A stretch of 64,000 bases of DNA from the IMG/VR virus record IMGVR_UViG_3300050821_008494; one strand, written 5' to 3'. Shown here piece by piece: positions 26,415-34,500 of this stretch (position 1 is its first letter; each line of letters opens with the position of its first letter). Both the position numbers and the translations under genes were made by a program. Below the pieces are notes generated by a model, which ran no database searches, had not been told where the DNA came from, and saw only the letters and a program-made list of their open reading frames with translations. Source of the DNA: a virus (taxonomy: Duplodnaviria > Heunggongvirae > Uroviricota > Caudoviricetes).

Positions 26415-27367
26415 GCGACAAGAAGCCTGAGAAGCAAGACACAGTAGTCCTCGGAGGAGGTCTTGTTGGTCAATACGCCGCATACAAGCTAGGAGCGAAG
26501 CTCATAACACTCAAGCCGGAGAAGACAATCCCCTACATCTTCCTCCACGACGCTCCTATGAACCGCAAGATGCTTGACGACTTAGGCGTCACATACGGAA
26601 CAGATGTCTGGAAAGTCGGCTTCATGTTCAAAGGTCAGCTCTACGAAGTCGCATCTCAGGACATGGTAAACGAGTATCACACCAAGTGCTACGGCCATCC
26701 TCCGAACAAGCCTCAGTTCAAGAAGCCATACTACGATATGCTTACACCGAACTACTACGAAGTCCGCAAGAAGCTCGAAGACCTCAACAAGACCGTTCTC
26801 TATGCTCGCATCTATCACATTGACCTCATAGGGCACATCGTAGGATACGAGCTTCCTGACAAGACTCTCGGCCTTATCAAATACAAGCACCTCATCAACA
26901 CTCTACCACTACCAGACCTTCTGCACATGGCGGGTGTGATAGAGTCCGAATCATACGAGTCTCGTCCAATCTTCTACTACAAGTTGCCGGAATGGCCGAA
27001 GGCCTACGAAGGCCTCGGTCTTGACACTGTCCATGTCATGGACTTGAAGGATGAGAGGACCCGCTTCGTGAAGGGCACAGCAGAGCCAAACACCTTCTTC
27101 CTTGAGACCCTTGAGAAGGATTCCAAGTATGGTGAGCTTTCCCAAGTTGTCAAGTATGGGAAGATATTCAACCGGGGCTGGCACCTTGAGATGCGCAACA
27201 ATGCGATAGAGAGGCTAGAGAAGCACGGCGTCCTTTCTGTAGGTCGCTTCGCCCGTTGGCAACAGCACTATGACACTCAAGACGCCCTTGTCCATCTTTC
27301 CGTCTTCTCATCTTCTATTAGGCCAACCAAATTCAGAACAGTGATGACGGAGATGCTTCATCTCTGA
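26411..27367 (+). CDS. FAD-dependent oxidoreductase-like protein (HemY / UDP-galactopyranose mutase-like fold)
   Basis: VVLGGGLVG dinucleotide motif, LINTLPL, C-terminal VGRFARW. Confidence 0.7.
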   Translation: MSDKKPEKQDTVVLGGGLVGQYAAYKLGAKLITLKPEKTIPYIFLHDAPMNRKMLDDLGVTYGTDVWKVGFMFKGQLYEVASQDMVNEYHTKCYGHPPNKPQFKKPYYDMLTPNYYEVRKKLEDLNKTVLYARIYHIDLIGHIVGYELPDKTLGLIKYKHLINTLPLPDLLHMAGVIESESYESRPIFYYKLPEWPKAYEGLGLDTVHVMDLKDERTRFVKGTAEPNTFFLETLEKDSKYGELSQVVKYGKIFNRGWHLEMRNNAIERLEKHGVLSVGRFARWQQHYDTQDALVHLSVFSSSIRPTKFRTVMTEMLHL

Positions 27368-28413
27368 GCGAGCTTCCGTGTCGCAACTGTGGGAACATAG
27401 AGACGACTCATCCATCTTCGGTTTGTGAGGTCTACGAGCCTATGAGGCAACTTGACCTCTCTATCATCAGAGACCATCTTGCCAAGTCGAAGGCCTTCTC
27501 AAGCCTCTTCTTCGACTTCGCGACGGAAGACCTTTCCCTCAAAGAGAAGGCGACGAAGGATTTGGCTTTGGGCGTCATCACAGAAGCTATGAGCGTCCTC
27601 GACGCCGTGAACTGGAAAGTTCACCACGGCGAGAAGTTTCCGGTTAGTCGCAGCAACCTTCTCGAACAGCTCATCGACGTCTACAAGTATCTCATGAGCA
27701 TAGCCTCCCTCTGGAACTTCACTCCGCAAGAATGGCAGGAGGAGTTCGAGCGGAAGGACTTAGTCAACTGGCAGCGATACAGGCAGGACACAACTATCAA
27801 GACCCTGACTGCGGCGTCAAAAGTAGCGGCAATCGACATTGACGGAGTCCTTTGTGCCTACCCAGAGAACATCATAGCCTTCATGAACAGGCGCTTCGCG
27901 AAGGTAGTTACCCTGAAGGACATCAAATCCCTTCACGGGGTCGAGGACGCATACCTAGAGCAAGGCGTCAAGGCGTCAGACTATCGACTGGCTCGCCTCG
28001 ACTTCTTGGAGGAGGGTTGGTATTCGAAGTATTCACCTGTGATGAATGGAGCCTCAGAGTTCACACACAAGCTCAAAGACCTCGGCTACACCATAGTCCT
28101 TCTAAGCTCTCGTCCCTACGAGAAGCACCACAGGATATTCGGCGACACCGTCGAGTGGTGTCAGGCCAACAAGATTGCCTTCGACATCATCTACTGGGAC
28201 AAGGACAAGGACATGAGAATCATCAAGACCTTCCCCAACCTCCGGTTCCTTCTCGACGACGACGTTGACAACGTCCGCGAAGTCGCGAAGGCCGGTTATC
28301 TTTCGATACTTTTCGAGAGACCATACAACCGTCGCTCTCTGACTACAAACTTCTTGATAGCTTCAACCTACGACGAAGTCATAGGCCATCTGACAGAGCC
28401 ACAAGTGGCTTGA
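27364..28413 (+). CDS. All-alpha dimeric dUTPase-like domain fused to a HAD 5'(3')-deoxyribonucleotidase; probable CTG-start Zn-finger extension (ATG alternative 27442)
   Basis: EAMSVLDAVNWK...EQLIDVYKY...KDLVNWQR; HAD motifs DIDGVL, SSRP, DDD. The 26 codons upstream of the ATG are open (CRNCGNIETTHPSSVC). Confidence 0.8.
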   Translation: MSELPCRNCGNIETTHPSSVCEVYEPMRQLDLSIIRDHLAKSKAFSSLFFDFATEDLSLKEKATKDLALGVITEAMSVLDAVNWKVHHGEKFPVSRSNLLEQLIDVYKYLMSIASLWNFTPQEWQEEFERKDLVNWQRYRQDTTIKTLTAASKVAAIDIDGVLCAYPENIIAFMNRRFAKVVTLKDIKSLHGVEDAYLEQGVKASDYRLARLDFLEEGWYSKYSPVMNGASEFTHKLKDLGYTIVLLSSRPYEKHHRIFGDTVEWCQANKIAFDIIYWDKDKDMRIIKTFPNLRFLLDDDVDNVREVAKAGYLSILFERPYNRRSLTTNFLIASTYDEVIGHLTEPQVA

Positions 28414-28434
28414 ACAGAACCTCAGATATGTTAC

Positions 28435-28449
28435 GGCTTAAGATAAGCC
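28435..28449 (+). promoter_or_regulatory. Operator copy GGCTTA-AGA-TAAGCC
   Basis: Perfect 6-bp inverted repeat with the shared core; AT-rich GATATGTTA just upstream. Confidence 0.65.
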
Positions 28450-28454
28450 CAACT

Positions 28455-28616
28455 ATGGAGTCCATAGGAGTTCTAGACAGCCTACAGTGGCCGAACAAAT
28501 CTGCTCCCCAATTCAGGACGAGCGCCACGCTCGGACTGCGAGCGGTTTCAGTAGGCTTCGGCTCTACTCGCGCAAGCGTCCTGAGCCTAAGTGCGTGCAA
28601 GTCGCCCAGACTCCAC
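28455..28616 (+). ncRNA. Candidate structured ncRNA or 5' leader (~160 nt)
   Basis: TGGAGTC/GACTCCA end pairing, TCAGGACG/CGTCCTGA 8-bp stem, AGCG-CCA-CGCT hairpin, C(UUCG)G tetraloop arm; sits between an operator and the SD of the next gene. Confidence 0.5.
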
Positions 28617-28632
28617 TTCTGGTGATTATGCC

Positions 28633-28890
28633 TTGAACTCTTCCGACACCGTTCTCTACAACTGGTTCATAGCAGAAGGAGAAGGCATCTCTTCGATTAG
28701 CCCCGGTCTCGGAATCCATCTCGTCAATCTCCTCGGCCAAGTCCGCGAAGTCATCCCGAAGGTAACAGACCCATACGTCAAGAAGCAACTTGAGACCTAC
28801 AGGGACTCTCTTGAGTTCATAACGAGCTTTGCTGCCATTCATCAACGTGCTGTCATCGACAAGCTCTCATACCTCGTGGAGAAGGCATGA
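28633..28890 (+). CDS. Hypothetical protein
   Basis: TTG with GGTGA SD 7 nt upstream. Confidence 0.6.
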   Translation: MNSSDTVLYNWFIAEGEGISSISPGLGIHLVNLLGQVREVIPKVTDPYVKKQLETYRDSLEFITSFAAIHQRAVIDKLSYLVEKA

Positions 28891-29528
28891 CCCGCTCCAA
28901 AGACACTCAGCGCCTAGTTGCGGCAATCGAAGCCATAAGCCGGAAGAAGTCCCTCTCCAGCAACGAGTTCGCTTACAACCTCTTCTTCGCCCTGCGCCGA
29001 GTAATTGAGGGCAGAGAGTCTTACATCAGGGAATACGGCACACGAGAGTTCAAAGAATATCCTCCCGGCACATTTCTCTCCGAGTATGATGCGAAGATAA
29101 AAAGCAACCTCCTCGACGCCAAAACGTGGCTCTCTCGCAAATGTGGAGACCGTCAGGGCTACCATGCCCCAGACGATTGGCAAGTAGGTGCAGCCCTTCT
29201 AAGTCTACAAAACGGAGAGATTGCCGATATTCTTGAGAACACTTTGAAGCACGGCGTTGCTCTTCCCAAGGAGTCATCAGACCGTCTCAAGAAATACGGA
29301 CGCAAGCGTGGTTGGTATCTCCAAAGGTCATACAACGACTTGCCAGATGTTACATCTCACCCCGACCCTACCATGGACGACACATGGCACTACTTCTACG
29401 GAGGGCAGAGTCTCTGCGGCAAATACACCGGCATGAAATGGAATTGTGTCGGCGACATACCCGACAACACAAAGTTCTCAGTTTGTGAAGTCTGCCTCGG
29501 GAAGGCACCAGCAAAGGTCGTGCGATGA
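28887..29528 (+). CDS. Hypothetical protein with C-terminal WHYF...SLCG...CEVC Zn-binding module
   Basis: ATGA coupling; H/C motif. Confidence 0.65.
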   Translation: MTRSKDTQRLVAAIEAISRKKSLSSNEFAYNLFFALRRVIEGRESYIREYGTREFKEYPPGTFLSEYDAKIKSNLLDAKTWLSRKCGDRQGYHAPDDWQVGAALLSLQNGEIADILENTLKHGVALPKESSDRLKKYGRKRGWYLQRSYNDLPDVTSHPDPTMDDTWHYFYGGQSLCGKYTGMKWNCVGDIPDNTKFSVCEVCLGKAPAKVVR

Positions 29529-29588
29529 TGGGCAAGGTCTCGATAATGGAACTTCGGACCCCTACCTTCCCGGAGAAGAAACCCTAGC

Positions 29589-29693
29589 ATGGCACTCATA
29601 CCTCCATCGCCTCCGGGCTGCCGCAAGTGCGGTCACAAGCCACACCCCGGAGTGTTCTGCCCTGAGAGAGAATGCGAATGCGTAGGCTTCTAA
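29589..29693 (+). CDS. Cys/His microprotein (34 aa, CRKCGHKPHPGVFC...CEC)
   Basis: Manually translated; same pattern as 63257-63409. Confidence 0.55.
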   Translation: MALIPPSPPGCRKCGHKPHPGVFCPERECECVGF

Positions 29694-29730
29694 TCCGGCT
29701 ATATGCTCGGACCCAAGGAGGGCTTCGAGT

Positions 29731-30351
29731 TTGATACTCCAACTCCTCGTCGGACTTAGCCTCGTTCTCGCAGGCTACCAAGATGTCAAGGAGCGCAAGG
29801 TCAGGGACTTCTTCTGGCTACCCGGAGCTGTCGGTCTAGCAATCGCAATCCTCATCCTCCGCTCTCCATCTCTAGTCTTTGCCGTCGTCCTAGTCGGCAT
29901 CATAGCATTCTTCGTCGCCAAGGCAGGTATGTTCGGTCAAGCAGACGGCATAGCGTTCCTCTTCATCATAGCAGACCCTGCCCCATACGCTCCGGCACCA
30001 GCTCTAATCGTTCTGGCCTTCGTAGTCGTGGCGCACTCAGTATTCCTCTACAGAAAGGGCTTCATCAGGAAGCTCACCATAAGCCTCGACCGCTTCAACT
30101 CAGAAGCCCAGTGGATTCCACGGAGTCTAATCGTGAACGGAGTCAAGACCATGAACCTCATGAACGTCAACAACTCCCGCGAGCGAATCGAGAAGGCGAG
30201 CAAGGCAAGGGAGAACGACGAAGTCAAGCAGGACGTTCAAGTTGAGGTAGTCTACGGCGTGCCAACAGTAGCCTACATTGCCGTGGCTTACGTTGGCTAC
30301 GTCGTCTTCCTCGCTTTTGCCGCACCGCACTTTCTCTTCTCAGTCCCGTGA
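29731..30351 (+). CDS. Archaeal type IV prepilin/preflagellin peptidase (A24, FlaK/PibD-like)
   Basis: Both catalytic Asp contexts: GYQDVKERKVRD and GQADG; multiple TMs; C-terminal VYGVPTVAYIAV. Confidence 0.8.
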   Translation: MILQLLVGLSLVLAGYQDVKERKVRDFFWLPGAVGLAIAILILRSPSLVFAVVLVGIIAFFVAKAGMFGQADGIAFLFIIADPAPYAPAPALIVLAFVVVAHSVFLYRKGFIRKLTISLDRFNSEAQWIPRSLIVNGVKTMNLMNVNNSRERIEKASKARENDEVKQDVQVEVVYGVPTVAYIAVAYVGYVVFLAFAAPHFLFSVP

Positions 30352-30378
30352 TTGTTATGGCATCAGAAGCAGAACTCC

Positions 30379-30402
30379 TTTTAACGTCTCCCATAAGATA
30401 AG
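30379..30402 (+). promoter_or_regulatory. TTTTAA box plus operator CATA-AGA-TAAG (30392-30402)
   Basis: Operator at -21..-11 of TTG 30413. Confidence 0.55.
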
Positions 30403-30412
30403 GCCTATCAAA

Positions 30413-30628
30413 TTGACTCCCGAGAAAGAACCGCCAATCGACCTCTCCAAGCTAACCCAAGGTCAGCTTTGGGCGAGCCTACGGAAGTGCTGGAAGGCCT
30501 ACCGCATCGCCAAGGTTCAGGCCGACAAAGAAGTCATGAAGAAATACGCCTTGCGAATCGTAGCGATTCAGGACGCCCTGAAGGTCCCGCATTCCATCTT
30601 CGAAGTCTTGCAGTTGGATGCGTCCTAG
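30413..30628 (+). CDS. Hypothetical helical protein
   Basis: TTG start downstream of the operator, within track ORF 30278. Confidence 0.55.
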   Translation: MTPEKEPPIDLSKLTQGQLWASLRKCWKAYRIAKVQADKEVMKKYALRIVAIQDALKVPHSIFEVLQLDAS

Positions 30629-30629
30629 A

Positions 30630-30929
30630 ATGGCCGACCAAGAACTCCGCGACAAACAGTTTGCGAACGTCCTCAAAGTCCTACAGGCAACGTTCCATCA
30701 GAAGAACCTAGACCATGCCGACTCCTACTTGGAGAATCCGAAGACCGAGCAAGAAGCCTTCTTTCCAATCAGGCACAAGTATGAGCGCATCGTAGCGATA
30801 CTCAAGATTCCTGAGAGCCAGAGGACCGACGGTCAGAAGATGACTATGCTTGAAGACCTTCGGGACCTCTGCGTCTACTCTGTGATGTTTGACATCTGGC
30901 AACTTCAAGGAAGTCGTGGAGTCGAGTAG
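30630..30929 (+). CDS. DUF1599 / nucleotide-modification-associated domain 1-like (all-alpha NTP-PPase superfamily)
   Basis: KNLDHADS...IRHKYERI...LEDLRDLCVYSVM. Confidence 0.7.
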   Translation: MADQELRDKQFANVLKVLQATFHQKNLDHADSYLENPKTEQEAFFPIRHKYERIVAILKIPESQRTDGQKMTMLEDLRDLCVYSVMFDIWQLQGSRGVE

Positions 30930-30931
30930 AC

Positions 30932-31723
30932 CTGCCAGTATCGAACGACCAGATTAGGCATGACGCTTCCGAATGGTATCGCCCCAATCTTCACGTTGGC
31001 GAGGCTCCCTTCAACTCATTCTCCTTCCTCTCCGACGAACTAGCGATACTCATCAGCCCGAAGGAAGAGCGCTACGAGGAAATCATCAACACAATGTATC
31101 AAGTCCAACTAGCAACTTGGACAGACAAGGTGATACTGGATGTAACCTTCGAGGAGAAGGAGGCCAAGGTCAAGCAGGCTCTCACGAGGCGTGTCGGGAC
31201 TCCCCTTCTGGAAAGTCTCTGCCTCACATTCGCCCTCCAGAACGTTCCTCGGAGCCTGACACACCAAATCGTCCGTGCTCGCAAACTCGGCTTCGGTCAG
31301 CAGGCGATGAGGGTCAACGATGTTCGGCATCAGCCTGTCCGTCTACCAACCACGATAGAAGGAAGCGAGTTCGAAGAGCCCTACAAGGAACTCGTTGGAG
31401 CAATCAAGAGGTTCTACGCTCGCATGATAGACCACGGCATCCCCGTCGAGGACGCTCGCAACATCATGCCAATGGGAACCATGACCTACATCACAGTGAC
31501 TGGTCAACTCCGGTTCTGGCTCGAACTCTGGCAAGGTCGAGCACAGAAGGCCGCTCAGAATGAGTATCGTGTTCTAGTTCACAAGATGCTCGACGAGTTC
31601 AGTGTCAGGATGCCAAGACTCTTCTCTCTCCTTGTAACTTCCAACTCCATACCTACAAAGGTCTGGCTCGATGACCTTTCACAGGCCGACCGAGTCCGCA
31701 TGGGACTCGGGACACCGGAGTAG
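30932..31723 (+). CDS. thyX: Divergent flavin-dependent thymidylate synthase (ThyX-like); probable CTG start (ATG alternative 31094)
   Basis: LESLCLTFALQNVPRSLTHQIVRAR...QQAMR, GIPVEDARNIMP, RAQKAAQNEYR. Frame is open 54 codons upstream of the ATG. Confidence 0.8.
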   Translation: MPVSNDQIRHDASEWYRPNLHVGEAPFNSFSFLSDELAILISPKEERYEEIINTMYQVQLATWTDKVILDVTFEEKEAKVKQALTRRVGTPLLESLCLTFALQNVPRSLTHQIVRARKLGFGQQAMRVNDVRHQPVRLPTTIEGSEFEEPYKELVGAIKRFYARMIDHGIPVEDARNIMPMGTMTYITVTGQLRFWLELWQGRAQKAAQNEYRVLVHKMLDEFSVRMPRLFSLLVTSNSIPTKVWLDDLSQADRVRMGLGTPE

Positions 31724-31729
31724 AGTCAC

Positions 31730-31876
31730 TTGAGGAAAACCGGTAACAACACTTGGGTTACCAACAAGCAATATCGCAAGCAGAAGAAGGGAAGTGGAAG
31801 AGGGAATCATAACCACTGGCAGTTCGGCGAATGCAGACCCGGATGTCCTCGATACATAGGTCCAGAAAAGAGCTGA
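31730..31876 (+). CDS. Basic microprotein (48 aa)
   Basis: Manually translated MRKTGNNTWVTNKQYRK... Confidence 0.45.
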   Translation: MRKTGNNTWVTNKQYRKQKKGSGRGNHNHWQFGECRPGCPRYIGPEKS

Positions 31877-32109
31877 CTCTATTGATAGAAGAGTTCACTC
31901 AGGAACAGAAGGACGCAATCGTTATGATGATAGGCACCAAAGGCCTAGACAGTATCGTTGCCATGGCAAATCTAATGCCACCTGACCACAGGCTGAGGAA
32001 TCCCTACCTTCTCGCCTGTCATCTTATCCTGAATAACATAGAGAGAGTTGAATCAATAATTCGAGAGGGTCTTCAAAGCGGCTTTTCTGCCGAGGGCTTG
32101 GATTCATGA
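31831..32109 (+). CDS. Hypothetical protein (start possibly CTG 31873)
   Basis: Track ORF; CTGA overlap possible. Confidence 0.5.
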   Translation: MQTRMSSIHRSRKELTLLIEEFTQEQKDAIVMMIGTKGLDSIVAMANLMPPDHRLRNPYLLACHLILNNIERVESIIREGLQSGFSAEGLDS

Positions 32110-32549
32110 CAATAGAAAACGAAGACATCACATCAGTTCTCATGCTCTGGGCAGAAGTTCAAGAGGGCTCCCCTTCTCCGAGCTTCTGGCCTCACTGGCG
32201 CAGCCTTCGCAGGATGCTCTCTGGCGAACTCAGCAGGCACGACTATGTCCAGAACATAATCAACACGCAGACAGACAGGCTCAAGGAGACAGGCGAAGAG
32301 ATTCGTAAATTCGAAGCCAACCTCGACATCAAGTTGAAGGAATTGCGTTCCGCACAGGCTGCCAAGGCCTCGTGGAAAGGAGGCGACCCGTATGATGTCA
32401 ATTACGAGGTCGAGAAATCCGAGAGGGATGTTCGCAGTATTGAGCAGTCTATCAAGTCAAAGCACGAGCGGTTTCAAGAGCTGACTTCCTATGTCGAATA
32501 CCTCGGCAAGATTCTATCGAAGGTAACTCCTACCAACGCCGTGACTTAG
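32106..32549 (+). CDS. Coiled-coil protein
   Basis: Long E/K-rich heptads. Confidence 0.65.
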   Translation: MTIENEDITSVLMLWAEVQEGSPSPSFWPHWRSLRRMLSGELSRHDYVQNIINTQTDRLKETGEEIRKFEANLDIKLKELRSAQAAKASWKGGDPYDVNYEVEKSERDVRSIEQSIKSKHERFQELTSYVEYLGKILSKVTPTNAVT

Positions 32550-32551
32550 AC

Positions 32552-33175
32552 ATGGCACGCCAGCGTTATGTTCAACAGATACTCCCTTCGACAGTCCAAG
32601 AGAAGCGCGGCTACAAAAGCGAGACACAGCAGAAGAACCTCATGTGGCTTCTCCCTCGCCCGAAGAGAGACCACTACAAAGGAGGTATGCCGCTCTACGC
32701 CGAAGAATGGCTCCTCCAGCTCGCCAATGAAATCTTCGGCATCAACTACGACTGGGGCAAGAAGACCCTTCTCCAAGTCTTCGCCGGGATGAACAAGTAT
32801 GGGCTCCGTGTTGACCTGAACAAAGAAGTCAAACCGGACTACGTCGGCGACATCCACAGGCTCTCTAAGATTCTACCCAAGAAGATGCTCAAGAAGTTCC
32901 CAGTCATCGTAGCCGACCCCGCATACTCCGACGATGAGAATGAGAAGCTCTACGGTCTAAAGATGCATCTCAGCTACAAGCTCTGGTCTTCGGAATGCAT
33001 CAAGTTCCTCCGACCCGGAGGCCTCTTCATAGTCTACCACAAGAACCTGATGCGCAACCCTGACCCAGAGAGGTTCACCGTCGTGAAGCGCGTAGCAATC
33101 GCAAACCGTGTCGGCCACGTTGGGAGGTTTGCCGTCTTCTTTCAAATGAAGGGAGGCAGGAGGCAGCTCAATTGA
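32552..33175 (+). CDS. Putative N6-adenine/N4-cytosine DNA methyltransferase
   Basis: LQVFAG (motif I), VDLN...PDYVGD, VIVADPAY (motif IV variant), LRPGG. Confidence 0.7.
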   Translation: MARQRYVQQILPSTVQEKRGYKSETQQKNLMWLLPRPKRDHYKGGMPLYAEEWLLQLANEIFGINYDWGKKTLLQVFAGMNKYGLRVDLNKEVKPDYVGDIHRLSKILPKKMLKKFPVIVADPAYSDDENEKLYGLKMHLSYKLWSSECIKFLRPGGLFIVYHKNLMRNPDPERFTVVKRVAIANRVGHVGRFAVFFQMKGGRRQLN

Positions 33176-33378
33176 ATCTTAAAGTCCGGACAGTCACAAT
33201 CTACCGCGATGACAGCACAACCCAAGTCGTCTACGAGAACGTCAAGCACATATTCTGGACAGCAGGTAACACCGTTCTAGTTCTCGCAATCTACAAGCAC
33301 GCCGAAGAAGACGACTCTCATTTCTACGTCCATTGGCTCCGGGAGCGCATCTGCTGGTTCAAGGACGTGCCACAATGA
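33172..33378 (+). CDS. Hypothetical protein
   Basis: TTGA-coupled. Confidence 0.55.
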   Translation: MNLKVRTVTIYRDDSTTQVVYENVKHIFWTAGNTVLVLAIYKHAEEDDSHFYVHWLRERICWFKDVPQ

Positions 33379-33731
33379 TTACCGTCGAAGCTCTCCTCGC
33401 TTGGCGCAAGAAGCACATCTGGGACTTCCTCGACAACATGGCAAAGGAGAAGGGCTCCGACTACTCCGGAGAAGGCGAGGTTGACACTTTCAGGAATCTT
33501 CGCCTAGTCGAATACACCATGGAGATTCCAACAGAGGTCGGAATCCAAATCCGTCTTCACGACAAGTTCATGCGCACCAACATCCTCCTCAAGCGCGAGT
33601 GGGAATCAGGCAGAGGGCCTTCCGTCAAAGACGAGTCTCTCTCAGTTACAATCCTAGACCACATCAACTACCTCACCTACATCCAAGCTCTCCGAGCCGA
33701 ACGGTTCAACAAAGGGGTCCTCCCAGAATGA
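33375..33731 (+). CDS. Second DUF1599-like all-alpha NTP-PPase
   Basis: EKGSDYSG...FRNL...IRLHDKFMR...VKDESL..TILDHINY. Confidence 0.7.
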   Translation: MITVEALLAWRKKHIWDFLDNMAKEKGSDYSGEGEVDTFRNLRLVEYTMEIPTEVGIQIRLHDKFMRTNILLKREWESGRGPSVKDESLSVTILDHINYLTYIQALRAERFNKGVLPE

Positions 33732-34264
33732 GCACAGAGACTGTTCCTCATGAATCCAAGTTGAGAAGAATATGCTGGCTTGAGCGAGTCCCTCTTTCCG
33801 ACACGACTCCTCTTCATACCTCGTTCTATCTTATGGAGTGCGAGTCGTGCAAAGAGCTTACAGGATTCCCAGAGGGGAACTTCAAGGCAGCAATCGAGGC
33901 CGGAGTCTGGAAGCCTCCCCGCAAAATCAAAGGTCTCCGTTCTGTTATGATTCGAGTCGCAGGACCTCATGGGGAGGACGAATATCAGAAGTCTCGTCCG
34001 ACTGAAGTAGACCTCTTCTACACAATAGAGCTTCAGACAGATGGCATCATGAAAGGACGGAAGCTCTTTACTCTCTACGGAGGGACCACAGGCTATGAAG
34101 GCTTCTACCTCGACTACACGAAAGAATGCACCATAGACAAGGCAAAGCTCCTCTCCATTGCAGAGCGAGGCTGGCACGCCTGTATGGGAGACAGTCGCTA
34201 CCCAGACCTAGTCATAGAAGGCTCTGAAATGAAGAAAGCGTTCGAGGAGGCAGGTCTCCTATGA
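33728..34264 (+). CDS. Hypothetical protein with CESC motif
   Basis: ATGA-coupled start. Confidence 0.6.
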   Translation: MSTETVPHESKLRRICWLERVPLSDTTPLHTSFYLMECESCKELTGFPEGNFKAAIEAGVWKPPRKIKGLRSVMIRVAGPHGEDEYQKSRPTEVDLFYTIELQTDGIMKGRKLFTLYGGTTGYEGFYLDYTKECTIDKAKLLSIAERGWHACMGDSRYPDLVIEGSEMKKAFEEAGLL

Positions 34265-34500
34265 ATCGCCTAGTCCTCGGGCTCTTGGTGGCTTCTTTCC
34301 TTGTAGCAGGTGCAGTCGGCTTCAGCTTCTACTTCTCAGGTCCTGCACCAACATACCCATCGACAACCGTCTCCGCTCCGGGCTCTGCTCCCGGTCAAGC
34401 TACAGGCTACACTCAGACGCTCGAATGCGGTCCCGGTTTCAATCATCTCTCCCTAAACATAATCAACGCAACATACGGAGTCATGGCGTGTAACCCATGA
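34261..34500 (+). CDS. Secreted or membrane-anchored small protein
   Basis: N-terminal hydrophobic helix, P/S/T linker, two Cys, NAT sequon. Confidence 0.65.
   Translation: MNRLVLGLLVASFLVAGAVGFSFYFSGPAPTYPSTTVSAPGSAPGQATGYTQTLECGPGFNHLSLNIINATYGVMACNP

Noticed and set aside
28455-28616. Hammerhead or HDV-like ribozyme
   Set aside because: No CUGANGA/GAAA core, and I could not build the HDV nested pseudoknot despite a CCUAAG segment.
28410-28625. 71-aa ORF as a real protein
   Set aside because: Atypical composition; it runs through an operator and a strongly paired region.
33836-33847. Partial operator-like sequence (reverse complement CATAAGATAG) inside a CDS
   Set aside because: Incomplete half-site and not near a gene start.
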